64,000 bases of DNA, taken from Blasia pusilla (taxonomy: Eukaryota). Positions 50,859 through 64,000 of the stretch are shown one piece after another. The stretch covers positions 33,666,001 through 33,730,000 of the forward strand of contig CM114271.1 of NCBI GenBank assembly GCA_050084515.1. The letters are read 5' to 3'. Within the stretch, counting starts at the first letter, position 1. Every line of letters begins with the position of its first letter. The notes under the pieces are model-generated. The model was not told the origin of the DNA and ran no database searches. It saw only the letters and a list, made by a program, of their open reading frames with translations. Position numbers and translations under genes: made by a program.

Positions 50859-53800
50859 AGCAAGCGTTGGAGATGTCGATTCTTTCTCGAAAAATGTTGA
50901 ATATCTTGTGGGTGCTAGACCTTGCCCTCCCTCTACCACCGGCCTCCTCATCGGATCCTAAGGATGGAGATATGGTTATTTTTATTGGATGAATCCGTTT
51001 TTGTGCAATCCTTCCTAATAAATACACAACCATGGTCAAAATTGAATTCTCAAGTCCCTTCCAAATAATTCAAAATGTGTCCCAATCTTTTTTTCGTCAA
51101 AAGCTAAACTTCTAGAGTCTTTCATCCTTAAGGGGACCTCTTTGTACGGCCCTGGTAGACCATCACGTGCATTAGTAGATTTGTAATACTCTTTTTCTAA
51201 ATATAATGGTGTCTAGGGGCCCATCCTCGCTTTCTTTGTATATTCCCGAAAAAAGTAAAAATAATAATAATTTGAACGTCCAAGAGTCGAGGAGTCCTTC
51301 GAAGTAGTTGTAGAGTTTCAAATAGATCAGAATATTCAAATGGAAAACATGGGCCCATCATGAAGGGACTTGTTATGATGACTTCTTCCGTTTCTTATTC
51401 AAAAAAGAAGCCCCTTAAAAAATAATATAAACAAAAGGTACTTTGGTGACCGAAATTACAAATTCCCAGCCCTTCCCGCACATTTGCGTAATTAATTCCA
51501 CATTATTCAAATAGAAATTCCAGGTACTTTTATTTTATTTGAAAGAGCATGGATACACCCTTTTGTGGGTGTCAAAAGATGCCTTTAAATCTTTACACGT
51601 TTAAATAACGAGGTCCATATTGTTGAATAAAGGATATCCATTTTATTATTATAACAAACCTCAAAAGAGGATAAAGAAATGTAATAATAGGTTTTCATGT
51701 AATTTATTTATCTAAAAGGTGTTGGATTTTGGTGGGTGTCAAATGATGCCCTCTCCACACGTGTCGTATCCTTCAACATTTAGTTTAAAAAATAATAACT
51801 AACTCCACATTATTGAAATAGCGTTTCCAATTCTTTTTATCTAAAAAGTATGTGCTTTGGTGGGTGTCAAATCATCACCCCCTTTAATAGACAAGGTTAA
51901 AAAAGCACACGAGGCAACAAGCACACGCCAAGGCTCCCAAACCACCAACAAGAATATCTCCATCCCCCTAATCCCAAGCTGGGTATATATATTTAATATC
52001 CACTTTATTATAAGCTGGTTATAGGTTTGTCGTGAGCCGAGCTTATTTCATACTTTATTACAATTTATAGTTTTCTACTTCTTTATAAAAAAAATTACTC
52101 GAGGGTTTAAAAAAGGCATTCTTTTTCTTCTCATTGCGTGTTAAAAGCCAGTAGGATTTGCAAAAGTATCAATATTGGGTGTTTTAGCGACCGTTAAATT
52201 CCGAGTTTATCCCAAAGAAAAAAGTCCTAAGACCCTTGCAAAGTAAAAACCCATTGGATCTCACGTTTCTTCTTCCTAGTGAGGAGATCACGAAATTCTT
52301 TTGACTCCTTTGATTCCCAAAACTGCACTCCTCCCAATCGAAGGCGCACATGGGAAGTCATAGGTTTGGCAAATGGTCATCTTCCTCCTTTCATAATATT
52401 AATATAGTACCCTTTTCTCCTACTTTCCTATGCACGGATAGTATTGTATTTGGGTTCTTTCAAAGTTGGCATATGAGACTTTTCAACAAGTCAAAACGTT
52501 GTCAAGCTTTCCGACTAAGAAATAGGGATTTTTGTGGTGAACTTTAGGCTTTAGAAAGAAAAATGCATGAAAAATCAACGCTATCCATTTTTTTATCCAA
52601 GCTCTCCTCAGCCCTCCCCAACGTTGAGTTCTTCGACATGTCTCTTGGGGGTGTCAAACTTGTTTTGCATGCACTCTTGAAAAGCAACGCTTCATTTTTT
52701 TGATGAATAAGACAATTGCAAAAAGTGGTTTTTTTTAATACTTGTCTAGGATCCACTTTCTTTGTAGGGTGCTCCTTTGATGTGGACGAGAAGGAAAGGA
52801 GATATCGTGCATAAAATAAGGATTTTAAGAGCTTTAAAATTATAAACGTAAGGGAGTAAACACGTGTGTCTTAGGCCAACCAAAGACCCCACTATTGGCC
52901 TTCGCTAGGAGTCATGGGCTCTTTCATGCACTTTTCCTTCCACTTTGGGAAGTCACTTTTGCATGCATTTTGCAAAACCTTATTTAAGGGAGGGGAGGGG
53001 AGATTGCCTCCTTCTTGCTCCCCCTTTTTTTGGGGTAGGTGTCCTCCAACTTAAACATCCCCAAGAATGCCTCTTTTATTGAGTTTTCCTCATCTTGGTA
53101 CTTTGTTTAGGGGTACTCTTTCATTTTCTAATAGTTAGCTAAGTCTTTTCTTCATGAATTTCAAAGTCAGGAATTCCTTATAAATTGCATAGACTTGGAA
53201 TGCATCAAATTTTCTTGCATCCTCCTCCTCTTTCATGAAGTTAAGTAGGAAATTTAGCTTTTCTACAATTTAACATATTTCTTGGTGATTAATTATCTGA
53301 AATATTGCAAAATTTCAAATTAATTGATAAAGAAGGGTTCAATTTTCTTCGTCCGAAACATGTCACTTATAGATGAGAACCTAGATTAGGTGTAAAATAA
53401 ATAAAGAACATTAGAAAATGAATATGAAATTCGTGGTGGTGATTGTGGTCAAGATCCTTATCTTAAGTTATCACTAATCAAGAAAGAATCGTTCGAGATA
53501 TTATCCTTATTTTCAATTTTATGAAGAGAAAGAGATATATTTGTGAAGCCTTTTTCATCTAAGAAATAGAGAATTATTATTTATTTAATTTTTTAGCCAA
53601 GGAGATGATAATCAATTCCTTTTTGTGTATTATTTTTCAAAATTTTGCAAAAAAAAATCATTTTTAAACCTCAATCTTCAATCTTTGAGGAAGAATTCTT
53701 GTCATAAATGATTTATCATAGGGAACTACATGTAATATGGGGCAAAAAGGAGATCAATACAATCATGCAAAAGCTTGGAGAAAGAGGTATAGCTTCAAAT

Positions 53801-55741
53801 ATATTCTATTATTATCTATCTTTCCTGAAATCCTCTTTCATTCTTGTATATGTATATTTTATTTTTTATTTAATATAAGGGAAAAAAAATCTATTTCTAT
53901 AGATTCCCAAATAGAATACCTATTTGAAAAAAATTTGTGGGATATCACATGAATCCAAGGAAACATAAGTTATAATTCAATTGAAAGGTAGATTTTCCCC
54001 TCATTCCGTCACTTACGTCTTTTCGGATAGATAGGTGAGATCTAGTAGAGCGCCTTCGTGAGTAGTGGAGAAGAGGCTCAGTAGGTCGAGGATGACCTGC
54101 TGAGGCCCGAGAAACCTGAGGGAGAAGGTTTCCCTTCGTTTCGGCTCATTTGGAGCCATATTGAAGAACCTACTATTGTAGGTAAGTACCAGTTTGAGTA
54201 TATGATCAACTTTCTATGTTTGGTAAGTGACCCTTGACCTCCTACATCAGGTCAAGAGCCAAGGAGGGGACTTGGGAGCATAGGTTACCATGGAGAGAGC
54301 TTGGGAGAGGGGAGGTGTATACCTCAAGGAGAGAGAGTTTGACAGCTCATTCTTTCTTTGTTGAACATCTTGGCATGAGGCGGCGGACCTATGGTCTTGC
54401 TTGCCTTATGTGTGTAACCCAAGCCTCTCATTAGGAGAGTGGGTTTGGTTTGACATTGAGAGAGACATGTGAGAGTGCACACATGTGAGAACTATGGTGT
54501 TGTGAGAGAGATTGGATCTTATTTTACAAAGAGAGAATGAGTGAGTGAGAGAGCTTCATGGGGAGAACTCGCTGGTCACTCACTAGTTTTGCAGGTTGGG
54601 GATCGTATTCCCCGTCCAGCGGTTCATGGGAGTGCTCATCGGAGCAAGAGCTGCTTACTTGTGATGTTTCCTTTGCCGATTTTTCGTGTGTAAGAGTGGC
54701 ACGCGGAAGCGCTGCCCAATTTTTGATAGGGATTGAGTATGGGGGCGGGTTTCCCCATGCTGGTGCTCTCAGGACCACCATATAGCTTTCTGATTTATAT
54801 TCTCACATGTTTTACATTTTTTTGGGAGAAATCGGCACGGAAACGCTGCCAAATTTTGTGTAGGTGAAAGAGACATTGGACTTTACGACAATCCCTGTCA
54901 ATTTTTACTGGAATATTCGATTCCAAATATTTTTGACACTATTGTAGATCATCAAGCTATGCACGATGTGCAACAAACGGTGCACAATTTAGAGTCAGAA
55001 AAAAAAGTTATGGTCAATCTTGCAAAATTGCCATTGCTCAAATTGCACCGTCTCAATCGCGGAGCCGGTCCTTCACTAAGGTGCACAGCGTGTGAATTGC
55101 TGATTGAGGAGGGTATGCCACCAAGTGCCGAGCCGTTTGTAGCCATTCCGTGCCGTGAGTGCCACATCGGATTGTTGGACCTGCACCGCACATTGAGGAG
55201 GTTTGAGCAGCGTTAGTACGAGAGGAGTACGACTTGCTCATTGGAGGAGTTGTCTTCACGACCGAGTTCGGGTCAAGACTTGCAATTGTCGAGGAGCAAC
55301 ATCGACATTATTGTTAGGTTACCCATTTTGGTCTCTTACCCTACACGTGTGAGGGATTTCCGGATATTGGGAAGTTATTTGGGATATTGGGTTTCGTACT
55401 GATGCTAGGAGCATCAATGATGTATGGGTTTAGGGGACATAGACCTGTGTGGGATGTCAAGAGTTGAAGATGGTTTGTTGATGAGACGATAGATCGGTTG
55501 ATTTGCCACACCATGATGCTCGTTGCCGCACAACACACGTCTCAGTGAGAGAGTGTAGATTGAGTGCCGCATGTTTAGTTTGAGTGATTGAGGGATTACT
55601 CACGAGATTGAGAGTGATTGTGTGAGAGGGGCACGAGGGCCATCATGGTGTCCTTTCGGGATTTTGAGAGGCGAGGTAGTGGACCTGAGAGTAGCTCTAG
55701 AGGGTTTACTTGGAGTGGTGCGAGGTTTCTAGGGTCTCCAC

Positions 55742-57091
55742 GTGAGAGACCACCTCAATCTCCTTCTATGTCGTCTTCAGACAAGGGGGGAGCGTATAGA
55801 GGAGTGTGTTAGTGATCCACGGTATACATTGAGTGGTCCTACCAGTTGGGCGTACGAGATGGACAACCGGGGTAGAGGACCGCGTAGGTTTTTGGGTGTT
55901 GTAGGCACTATAGAGCTACACGACTTCATTCCGGAGTTCAGGAGTTGGTGTGACTCACAACGGGCTAGGAACTCTAGAGAGTTCAACCCATTTACAGCAT
56001 GGAATGGTATGTTCCAGCATGTAGAGGGTACGCCCATGGACAATTACTATGAGTTCTCCCACATATATGCCCAGGATATTGAGGCATGGCGACTCTACTA
56101 TGACCCACACTTTGTGTCATGGACGGAGCCATTCCCAAATGAGGAGGAGAAGTTAGGAGAGGCTACTTCCTCTTCCACTAGTGATGTTTTAGGAGGGTTC
56201 ACTCGCACTAGAGTAGTTGCACCATCTAGTCGGGTTCGTCCCAGGTTCAACCCCGTGGTTGAGTTCTTCGTTGAGTTGAGGGCGAGCTACCAAGGTATAT
56301 GGACGGAGAAGTTGCGGAGCATCCACAACTTCCATAGGCGCCCGTGTGAGAGTTTGCGTGAGGCTTACACTTGCTTGCGCCGATTGATCAACGTCACTCA
56401 TGGAGTGACAAAGGCTTAGGTTATCCACTCATAGTACGGGCTGCTAGATCGGACCCTAAGACACGGGTGCGGGAGGGGTGCTTCTTATGAACACCTCCCC
56501 TAAGTTGAGAGATGTTTTGAGGACCGCCGAGAACATTGAACGCAACATGGTGGAGGAGGCGTAGCCACCATGGGTTCTGGGCGAGAGCAATCATGATTGT
56601 CTGCACCACCTGTACAGCAACGTGGACTCCGTGATAGGTCGATTGTGGTACCACGAGCTCGGGGAGGATATTGGGAGGCCGTGCCATAGAGACCTGCGCC
56701 TTCATATGCGGCTAAGCAATAGCCGCCTACGATTACTTGTTGGTCATGTGGTGGAGCCCATCATCAACGTGATTGCACTCCTCAAGATCATGGACGTGTG
56801 CCTCAGCATGGAGGAGGAGATGGTGCTGCACCAGGAGGTTATCAGTGTGACTATTGTCAGAGGTATGGTCATACATGCGCCAGGTGTTTCAGTTTACATC
56901 TTGACTTACATCTAGACCAAGGGCCAGAGAGGGCACCAGAGCGAGAAGCCGGTCCGGGTGGGCCTAGAGATTGTGCACCAGGTGGTCTGGTTGGGGGACG
57001 AGGAGCTGGAGTTGCCCAACAGGGTGGTTGAGTTGCCCGTGGAGGAGGTAGAGTCCCACCACCTACATGCATCAAGGGAGATGCCAGGCGT
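55742..57091 (+). pseudogene. Gypsy gag (continues after 62434)
   Basis: 225-aa ORF plus downstream fragments containing two CCHC zinc knuckles. Confidence 0.8.
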
Positions 57092-60000
57092 TATTGAAGA
57101 TTGAATTACAGTCAAGCTCATGAGACACTTGAACTGCTACATTTGGCACTCACACAAAGTAGGGAAGCTTAATCTTGGTTAGTCACTTAAGCACGATTAT
57201 TTTAACTAGGGTTAGTTAATCACAATTAGGCTAACTCGAGACTATGGTTAAGGATAGGGTTAGGGTTGCTTGTACATACCCTAAATAATTGAGAAGAGAA
57301 CCAGCTTCCAATCATTCTCTCATTGCAAATTTCGTTCTCCATGGTGGTGCGTGTGTGGGTGTGAGCCTTTTTCCACCAGTTAGGCTTGTTTAGCAATTTT
57401 CCAGATGGTATCAGAGGGGGAGGAGAACATCACTTGAAATTCTTGGTGTTTGAAGAGAGAAGAGAGGCAAGAGAAGGCACAATTTTAGTTTGGGAGAAGG
57501 AAATTTTATGCAGAGCTTAGAGGTTCAGACTTCAAGTAGAGCTTTGATGGTGATAAAACTTTGGAGGCATTTTTTAGGGCTTTCCTAGTCGATTCAGCCG
57601 TCATGGTCCGCTTTGGCTAGAATGATGTGAAAGGTTGGTTTCAGCCGTCTTGAAGAGCTCATTGAGAGCTTTCCAATGCACCAAAAATTGCTTGATTCTA
57701 ACACTCTAAGCTCCTGCCGCAGTAATTTCAGTGTAGAAAAGTGCAATTACTGAAGAAAAGTTGTGCAGTTTGCTCTCTACATGCCAATTTCGACTAGTTC
57801 TTTCATACACTTGATCAATTTTGGCAAATTTTAGGTCGATTTCTGTGTAGGAACGGTCTATGCTTCAATTGGAGTGGTCTATGCTTCAATTGGAGAAAGC
57901 CTGAAATTATATTTTTTGTGAGAGAAATTGTTTATCATGGAGTATTCCTCAACATCAATCAGAGGCGAGAAGCTAGACAAGCAAAATGATAATGTTGGGA
58001 AGTTTCACATGAAATAATTTATCATGGGTCAAGAACTATGGGAGCTTGTCACAGGTGATGAGGCCAAGCCAGAAGGTGACTCAACAGACTTGAATGTTCG
58101 CGCTTGGAATAAACGCGCAAGGCAAGTATCCACTACATTTCAATAACGATCAGTTCGCCAATGATAGGTCATATCCAAGATGTTGATATTCCAAAGGAGG
58201 CTTGGAATGCATTGGAAAAGCTGTTCCAGACATCTACAAAGGCCTAAAAGCTTCAATTGAAACAGCAATTGAACGAAATGAGGAAAAGATCACAAAGCAT
58301 CAATGATTATATTTTGAGTATCAGACATATTGTTGATTAGTTGAATAGCATTGGAGTGACAGTAGAAGATGATGATCTGATCTTATTCACTCTTCAAGGC
58401 CTTCCAAAGGATTACAAGTCCTTTGAGATCTCTATCTCTGTGAGAGAGAAGTATCCAACCTTTCAAGAGTTAGTTCCTCTGTTGATCAGTGAAGAGATGC
58501 GCCTAGTAGGTAGCGGTCGCTCGTCTAGTCTCCAAGAGAGTGCGCTATTTGCAAGTTATGGATCAAACACAGGCAAGGGTCGTGGCAGAAACTCCCGTGG
58601 TCGTGGTGGATATCAAGCATATGGAGGAAGAGACACTCAATATAACGTCACTCAATCAACTACGAACCAGTACTAGACACAATCACATGGTGGTGATGGT
58701 GGAAACCGTTGGGGTTGAGGTCAGCAACAGAGGGTCCCTGGATCTTGCAATTACTATGGGATAAAGGATCACTATGCAAAGTTTTGCTTCAAGAAGAAGG
58801 TAGATATGAGAACAAGAGCCTTATAACAACAAAACTATGTGGAGCAACAACACCAAGAGCAGTACCAAGAACAACAACATTCACAAACGGAGCATCTCTT
58901 GGTCATGACTCATCATATGGGAGCAATGGTCAAGAAAGACTCGACAATAGATTGGTACATTGACTCCGGTGCATCAAATCACATGACCTCACAAGCAAAA
59001 TGGTTCAGTAGTTTGGATCCGGTGAAAGATCCTGCAATTGTGCTCACAGGAGATGACACTCAATATCATATTACGTATACCGATAAAGTTCCAATAGCAT
59101 CAGATGGTCTTTGTACTCTTGGAAATGTTCTCTATGTTCCTACTATTGTAATAAATCTGATCTCTGTAGGACAGATAGTAGAATAGGGTTATCAAGTGAA
59201 TTTTAACGTAGATGGTTGTTTCATTGAAACATTAGATGACTAGACTATGATAGCCAAAGGAACAAGATCAGGCAGAATGTTCAAATAAGATGGTTCTATG
59301 CCAGAGATTCAAACAACAATGTATGGTCAAATAGGCCAATAAGTCACAGATCTAAATCTGTGGCATAAAAGAATTGAACATATGAATCTTCAAAGATTAC
59401 ACAATCTTTCATCATCTAATATAGTAATAGGAATCCCTAAATTAGCGAGTCCTACTACGTTAGAGGTATGTCCTACTTGCCAATTTGGAAAACAAGCTAG
59501 ATTTTCTTTTCCAAAGCAAGGTAGAAGAGCATCCAAGATATTGGAGTTGATTCACAATGATGTGTGGACAGCATCACAATAGAGCCTTAGTGATTGTCAG
59601 TACTTTGTTTCATTTATTGATGACTTTTCTAGGTATATATGGGTATACTTTTTGAAAGCCAAGTCAGAGGTATTCTCAGTGTTCCAAACATTCAGAGTTC
59701 TAGTAGAGAAGCATACTAGACAACACATTTTGAAATTGCGTTGCGATGGAGGAGCAGAGTATCTTTCAACAGAGTTTGATGACTATTTACGTTAGAATGG
59801 CATCCAACGTCAAGAGACTTGATGCTACACTCCACAACAAAATGGAGTGGCTAAGAGGAAAAATCGACATATTGCTGAAGCGGCACGAGCTATGCTGAAT
59901 GAGAAGAACATGCCTAAGGTGTATTGGGCAGAGGCTGTAGCATGTGCAGTCTTCGTAATCAACCGAACTCTAACAACACGAGTTCATGATAAAACTCCAT

Positions 60001-62433
60001 TTGAAGTCTTCACAGGAAGTAAACCTAATTTTTCCTTCTTGAAAGTATTTGGCTGTATCTGTTATGCTCATGTTCCTTCTGAGAGACGTCACAAATTAGA
60101 CCCCTAAGTCATAAAGATGTATCTTCATTGGCTATGTTGATGGAACTAAGGGATATAAGTGCTACATTCCATCCTCTAGGCAGCTTATTATTGACAATGT
60201 CTATTGGTTTATAATCATATTCTCTCCCTCAACAGACAAGTTTAGAGGTGGAATAGGCTCAGATGGAGCATACCATGACTTTAGCTCATCAAAGATAACA
60301 ATTTGACTAATAATAAGCAGCTTATCCCCAAGTACTAGTGCAGGATTAGGAGAGGTCCTAGATTCATCCATTAAATTTGTGAGTCCATGGAGAGGAAGAG
60401 TACATATTCAGTCAGTTAACACTAGTCAGAGCTTGAGTCAGTTGTCAAAGGCATCTACCTATGAACAACAACTTCGTAGATCAAGTAGAGTTACACATCT
60501 AGTTCATAGATTCATAAATGAAGGTTTCCTTGCGACACATCATGCATATATGATGACTACCCTTCAAGAGCAGGAGCCGAGTTGTTTTGAAGAAGCTGCG
60601 AGTAAAGTCGAATGGATTGAAGCTATGGAGGAAGAGCTTGTTGCATTAAGACATCAACAGACATGGGAGCTAGTTGATATACCTTCCGGTAAGGAAGCTA
60701 TTGGTTGCAAATGGGTTTCTAAAACCAAACGCGATCAAGATGGTACAATTAATAGATACAAAGCGAGATTGGTGGCTAAGGGCTATGCACAACAATATGG
60801 TATCGATTATGAGGAAATATTTAGCCCTGTTGCAAAGATTGCGACTACGAGAACAGTGGTTGCAGTTGCAGTAAGTAAGAAGTGGAGATTACATCACATG
60901 GACGTCAAGAATGCCTTCTTGAATGGAGATCTATGTGAGGAGGTATATATGACTCAACCACCTGGATACGAGCATCCCAAGTTTCCATTTCGCGTATGCA
61001 GGTTGAAGAAAGCTCCATACGGGCTCAAACAAGCTCCAAGAGCTTGGTATGGCAAGATTACATACGTCCTACAAGAGTTGGGTATTAGGGTATGTGATTT
61101 TGACTCCTCGTTATATGTCTTGAGAGGACAAGATCATATAGTTCTCATTGTGTTGTATGTTGACGATCTCTTGATTACTGGGAGTAGTGAAGAAATGGTA
61201 CAACAAGTCAAGCTTAAGTTACAAGAAAAATTTGATATGAAGGACTTGAGAGAACTCAAGTACTTCTTTGGTATTGAGTTTATCAAGGTTGGAGAGAGCA
61301 TGTGGTTACTACAATGGCAATATGCTCTTCATATGCTTTCAAAATATGGTATGACAACTTGTAAGCCAATCTCTACACCGTTGGACCAAAGCGTGAAGCT
61401 AAGAGTAGATGAAGGAGAGCTGCTTGCAGATTCTAATATGTACAGGCGCATGGTTGGAAGTTTGATCTATCTAACTATAACTAGACCATATTTGAGCTAT
61501 GTTGTTGGCCTAGTGAGCCAGTTTATGCAAGCATCTCGAAAATCTCACTTTGATGTTGTGAGGAGGATTATGCGGTATGTGAAATTCTCTATTCAATTCG
61601 GGCTTCAATTTGAACCTTCTCTGAGTTTTCAATTACACGGATTCACAGATGCTGATTGGGTTGGAAGCGTGTCTGATCAACACTCCACATATGGTTATTC
61701 ATTTACTTTGGGAAGTGCAACTATAAGTTGGGCTTCAAAGAAGTAACCTACAGTTGCTTTATCTTCAACAGAGGCGGAGTACAGAGGAGCAACCAATGCA
61801 GCATGTGAGGCAGTGTAGCTTCATCGATTACTTGTTGAGATTGATGTTAGTAACTTAGGACCTAGTGTAATATATGCAGAAAATATTAGTAGCATCAAGC
61901 TTGCTAATAATCGTGTATTTCATGCTCGTACAAAGCATGTTGAGGTGCACTATCATTTTATCAGAGAGAAAGTGCTTGCATGAGAAATTGATCTTGTATA
62001 TATAAGAACAGATGAGCAAACTGCTGACATCCTTACAAAGACATTGTCTAGAGATAAGTTTGAGATGTTTAGAAAGGATTTAGGTGTTAGAGATATCGAT
62101 ATGAGCTTGAGGGGAAGTATTGAAGATTGAGTTACAGTCAAGCTCATGAGACACCTGAACTGCTACATTTTGCAATCACACGAAGTAGGGAAGCTTAATC
62201 TTGGTTAGTCAGTTAAGCATGATTATTTTAACTAGGATTAGTTAATCACAATTAGGCTAACTCGAGACTATGGTTAAGGATAGGGTTATGATTGCTTGTA
62301 CATACCCTATATAATTGAGAAGAGAACCAGCCTCCAATCATTCTCTCATTGCAAATTTTGTTCTCCATGGTGATGTGTGTGTGTGTGTGAGAGCCGTTTT
62401 CCACTAGTTATGCTTGTTTAGTAGTTTTCCACA
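57092..62433 (+). mobile_element. Full-length degenerate Ty1/Copia LTR retrotransposon
   Basis: LTRs 57092-57405 and 62118-62433; PBS TGGTATCAGAG (tRNA-iMet) at 57406-57416; PPT GAGGGGAAG; TSD ggcgt/tgcgt. Confidence 0.95.
57937..62117 (+). pseudogene. Copia gag-pol (gag, PR, INT, RT, RH) with several stops
   Basis: WYIDSGASNHMT; FIDDFSRY and YTPQQNGVAKRKNR; YKARLVAKGY, MDVKNAFLNG, YGLKQAPRAW, LYVDDLL; FTDADW, ALSSTEAEY, ARTKHVEVHYHFIRE. Confidence 0.95.
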
Positions 62434-63095
62434 TGCGTGAGGCTAGGATGGCTACTCAGATACAACAGCTACATGAGCATATTGCCGCTATGGCATTGAG
62501 GTTACGTGATGCCGGATCCGTGGCATCGACATCATATGGAGCAGCCATAGATATGGAGATCCTGGTTGGATGTGCGGGGTTGCCCAAATGGAGGCCGCCG
62601 CAGTTGTGACGCGTGGAGCAGCCGTAGAGTTGGATCCACAGCGGGGGAAAGCTAGGAAATAGATCAGGCTTCCTCAATCTTTCACGTTGTCTGAGGCGAT
62701 GAGGACCCCATCGATGGGTCCTGATCAGAGTTCTTGGAGAATTGGTGATGTTGTTGGTATGCAGGCATGGAGGGCGATGGGAAAAGCGAGTGTGACGACT
62801 CCTATTGTTGATGCTCAGGAGGGGCATGTATCAAGCACGTTGTTGGGGGCGGCCACCATTGTGTACCGCGTTCCTTTATTTTTGCTTCCAATATTATGAC
62901 ATTGGGAGGTATATCCGCCGAGGTTTTGCGGCTGGACGCTACGCTATGTGAGCGTGGAGTTGGAGTTCCTCCATCACATTCAGAGGTGATGGACCTACCC
63001 TTGGAGCGGATGCTGGGGCCGTCCACGTCAGATTCATGGCAGGTTCCGGTTGCTAGGATGGCGGAGATGCCTGCTAGACCCGCGAAGAGCGTGCC

Positions 63096-63725
63096 ATGGT
63101 TTCTCATGGTGTTGTGTTGCTGGATAACCGGGGAGAGGTCTTCCAATTGGTGAGTCCCGAAGATAGAGCTTTTAGTCCGCAACGCGTCTTGTTGGATTCA
63201 GGAGTGCAACCCCTGATGTTGGGGAAAGCGTCATTCAGAGGATTGGGCATGATAAGAGCCGATGTAGAGAGTTGTCCATTCCGGATATAGACATCCTTGG
63301 GTGGAGTGAGTACCACATAGTATATCACGCGACAAGAGGTCATGGTGAGGATTCGCCCGGGACACCCTACAAATGAGTCTGTGATGCAAGGCAAGGCGAT
63401 AGTGATTGATGTAGAGTCCTACGACATCTTGGTTGGTGGAGCAGTGTTGTACCCGATGGGGTTTTCCTTGGATTACTGGGAGGAATCAACGTCCTATAGA
63501 CCAGGATGGCAGTCAGGTGATGGGCGCCTTAGCTCATTACCCGTTCGATTCACAAGTGCAATGATGGAGCGACGGCCAGGAGAGATGGCGACCTTAGCAG
63601 CATTTAGCAGTGCCATCACTCATCACAATGATTTGATTGAGGGACATATCCATGTAGAGGATACTCCCGTTCTTGACATTTCTATGCAGAGGAGTGTCAT
63701 GGTAGCCGCATCAGTCCGTGGATGA
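63096..63725 (+). pseudogene. Gypsy aspartic protease (copy 2)
   Basis: RVLLDSGVQPLMLGK...DVESYDILVGG. Confidence 0.78.
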
Positions 63726-63899
63726 GAGGTGCAGCTTTGGGGCTCGATTGAGGAGCTTCGATGCTTAGCCATTGAGCATGTGCAAACCACGTGGAGCGAA
63801 ACGTTTGCACCAGAGTGTGAAGGGTCAGAGGAACCCCAAGTAGGCAGGAGTGCTGCTATGATCCTTTTGGACACCACCCCGATTTTGTGGTGCATCCTA

Positions 63900-64000
63900 G
63901 AGAAGGATATTCGGGTGTTGGATCTCTTTGGAGGGATCAGCACTGGGTTAGCTATTGTTTTGCACAATGCGCGTGCAGTAGTACCTGTACGTGGAGATTG
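63900..64000 (+). pseudogene. Start of the DNMT3-like domain (copy 2)
   Basis: EKDIRVLDLFGGISTGLAIVL (SAM-binding motif I), followed by YLYVE. Confidence 0.85.

Larger units (their letters stand above)
54007..64000 (+). mobile_element. Second copy of the DNMT-Gypsy element, cut by the window end and interrupted by Copia
   Basis: A1 at 54007-54526, self-priming PBS at 54527-54541, gag 55742-57090 with CWSCGGAHHQRDC and CDYCQRYGHTCARC, protease LLDSG at about 63190, DNMT motif I at about 63910. Confidence 0.92.

Noticed and set aside
48545-51039. Several 100-170 aa ORFs
   Set aside because: They overlap GC-rich MITEs, appear on both strands and show no protein motifs.
51560-51880. Three gtgggtgtcaaa motifs about 130-170 bp apart
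   Set aside because: Probably a degenerate TE subterminal repeat; no boundaries could be defined.

Overview
Eukaryotic, plant-like genomic DNA, probably a bryophyte or lycophyte (inferred from TE types and composition). It is repeat-rich and AT-rich around a CpG-rich, TE-poor island at about 34.5-47.3 kb. The main system is a Ty3/Gypsy retrotransposon family seen as a complete degenerate copy (13223-24202, minus strand, 4-bp TSD GAGA), a second copy (54007 to window end, plus strand, interrupted by a full Copia element at 57092-62433), a solo terminal unit (4799-5431, TSD TCTT) and an RT-RNaseH fragment (about 26850-27816). Its polyprotein order is gag, protease, DNMT3-like C5 cytosine methyltransferase, RT, RNaseH, DDE integrase, PHD finger. 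Its termini are not ordinary LTRs but split direct repeats (A1-internal-PPT-B1-AT-A2-B2), and it has a Tf1-like self-priming site instead of a tRNA PBS. Also present: hAT-type MITEs with 8-bp TSDs (one triple nest), a kinase pseudogene split by the Gypsy insertion, tandem arrays, two hairpins, and a probable secreted multi-peptide precursor gene (42638-43339). All calls come from manual reading and translation; no database searches were run.
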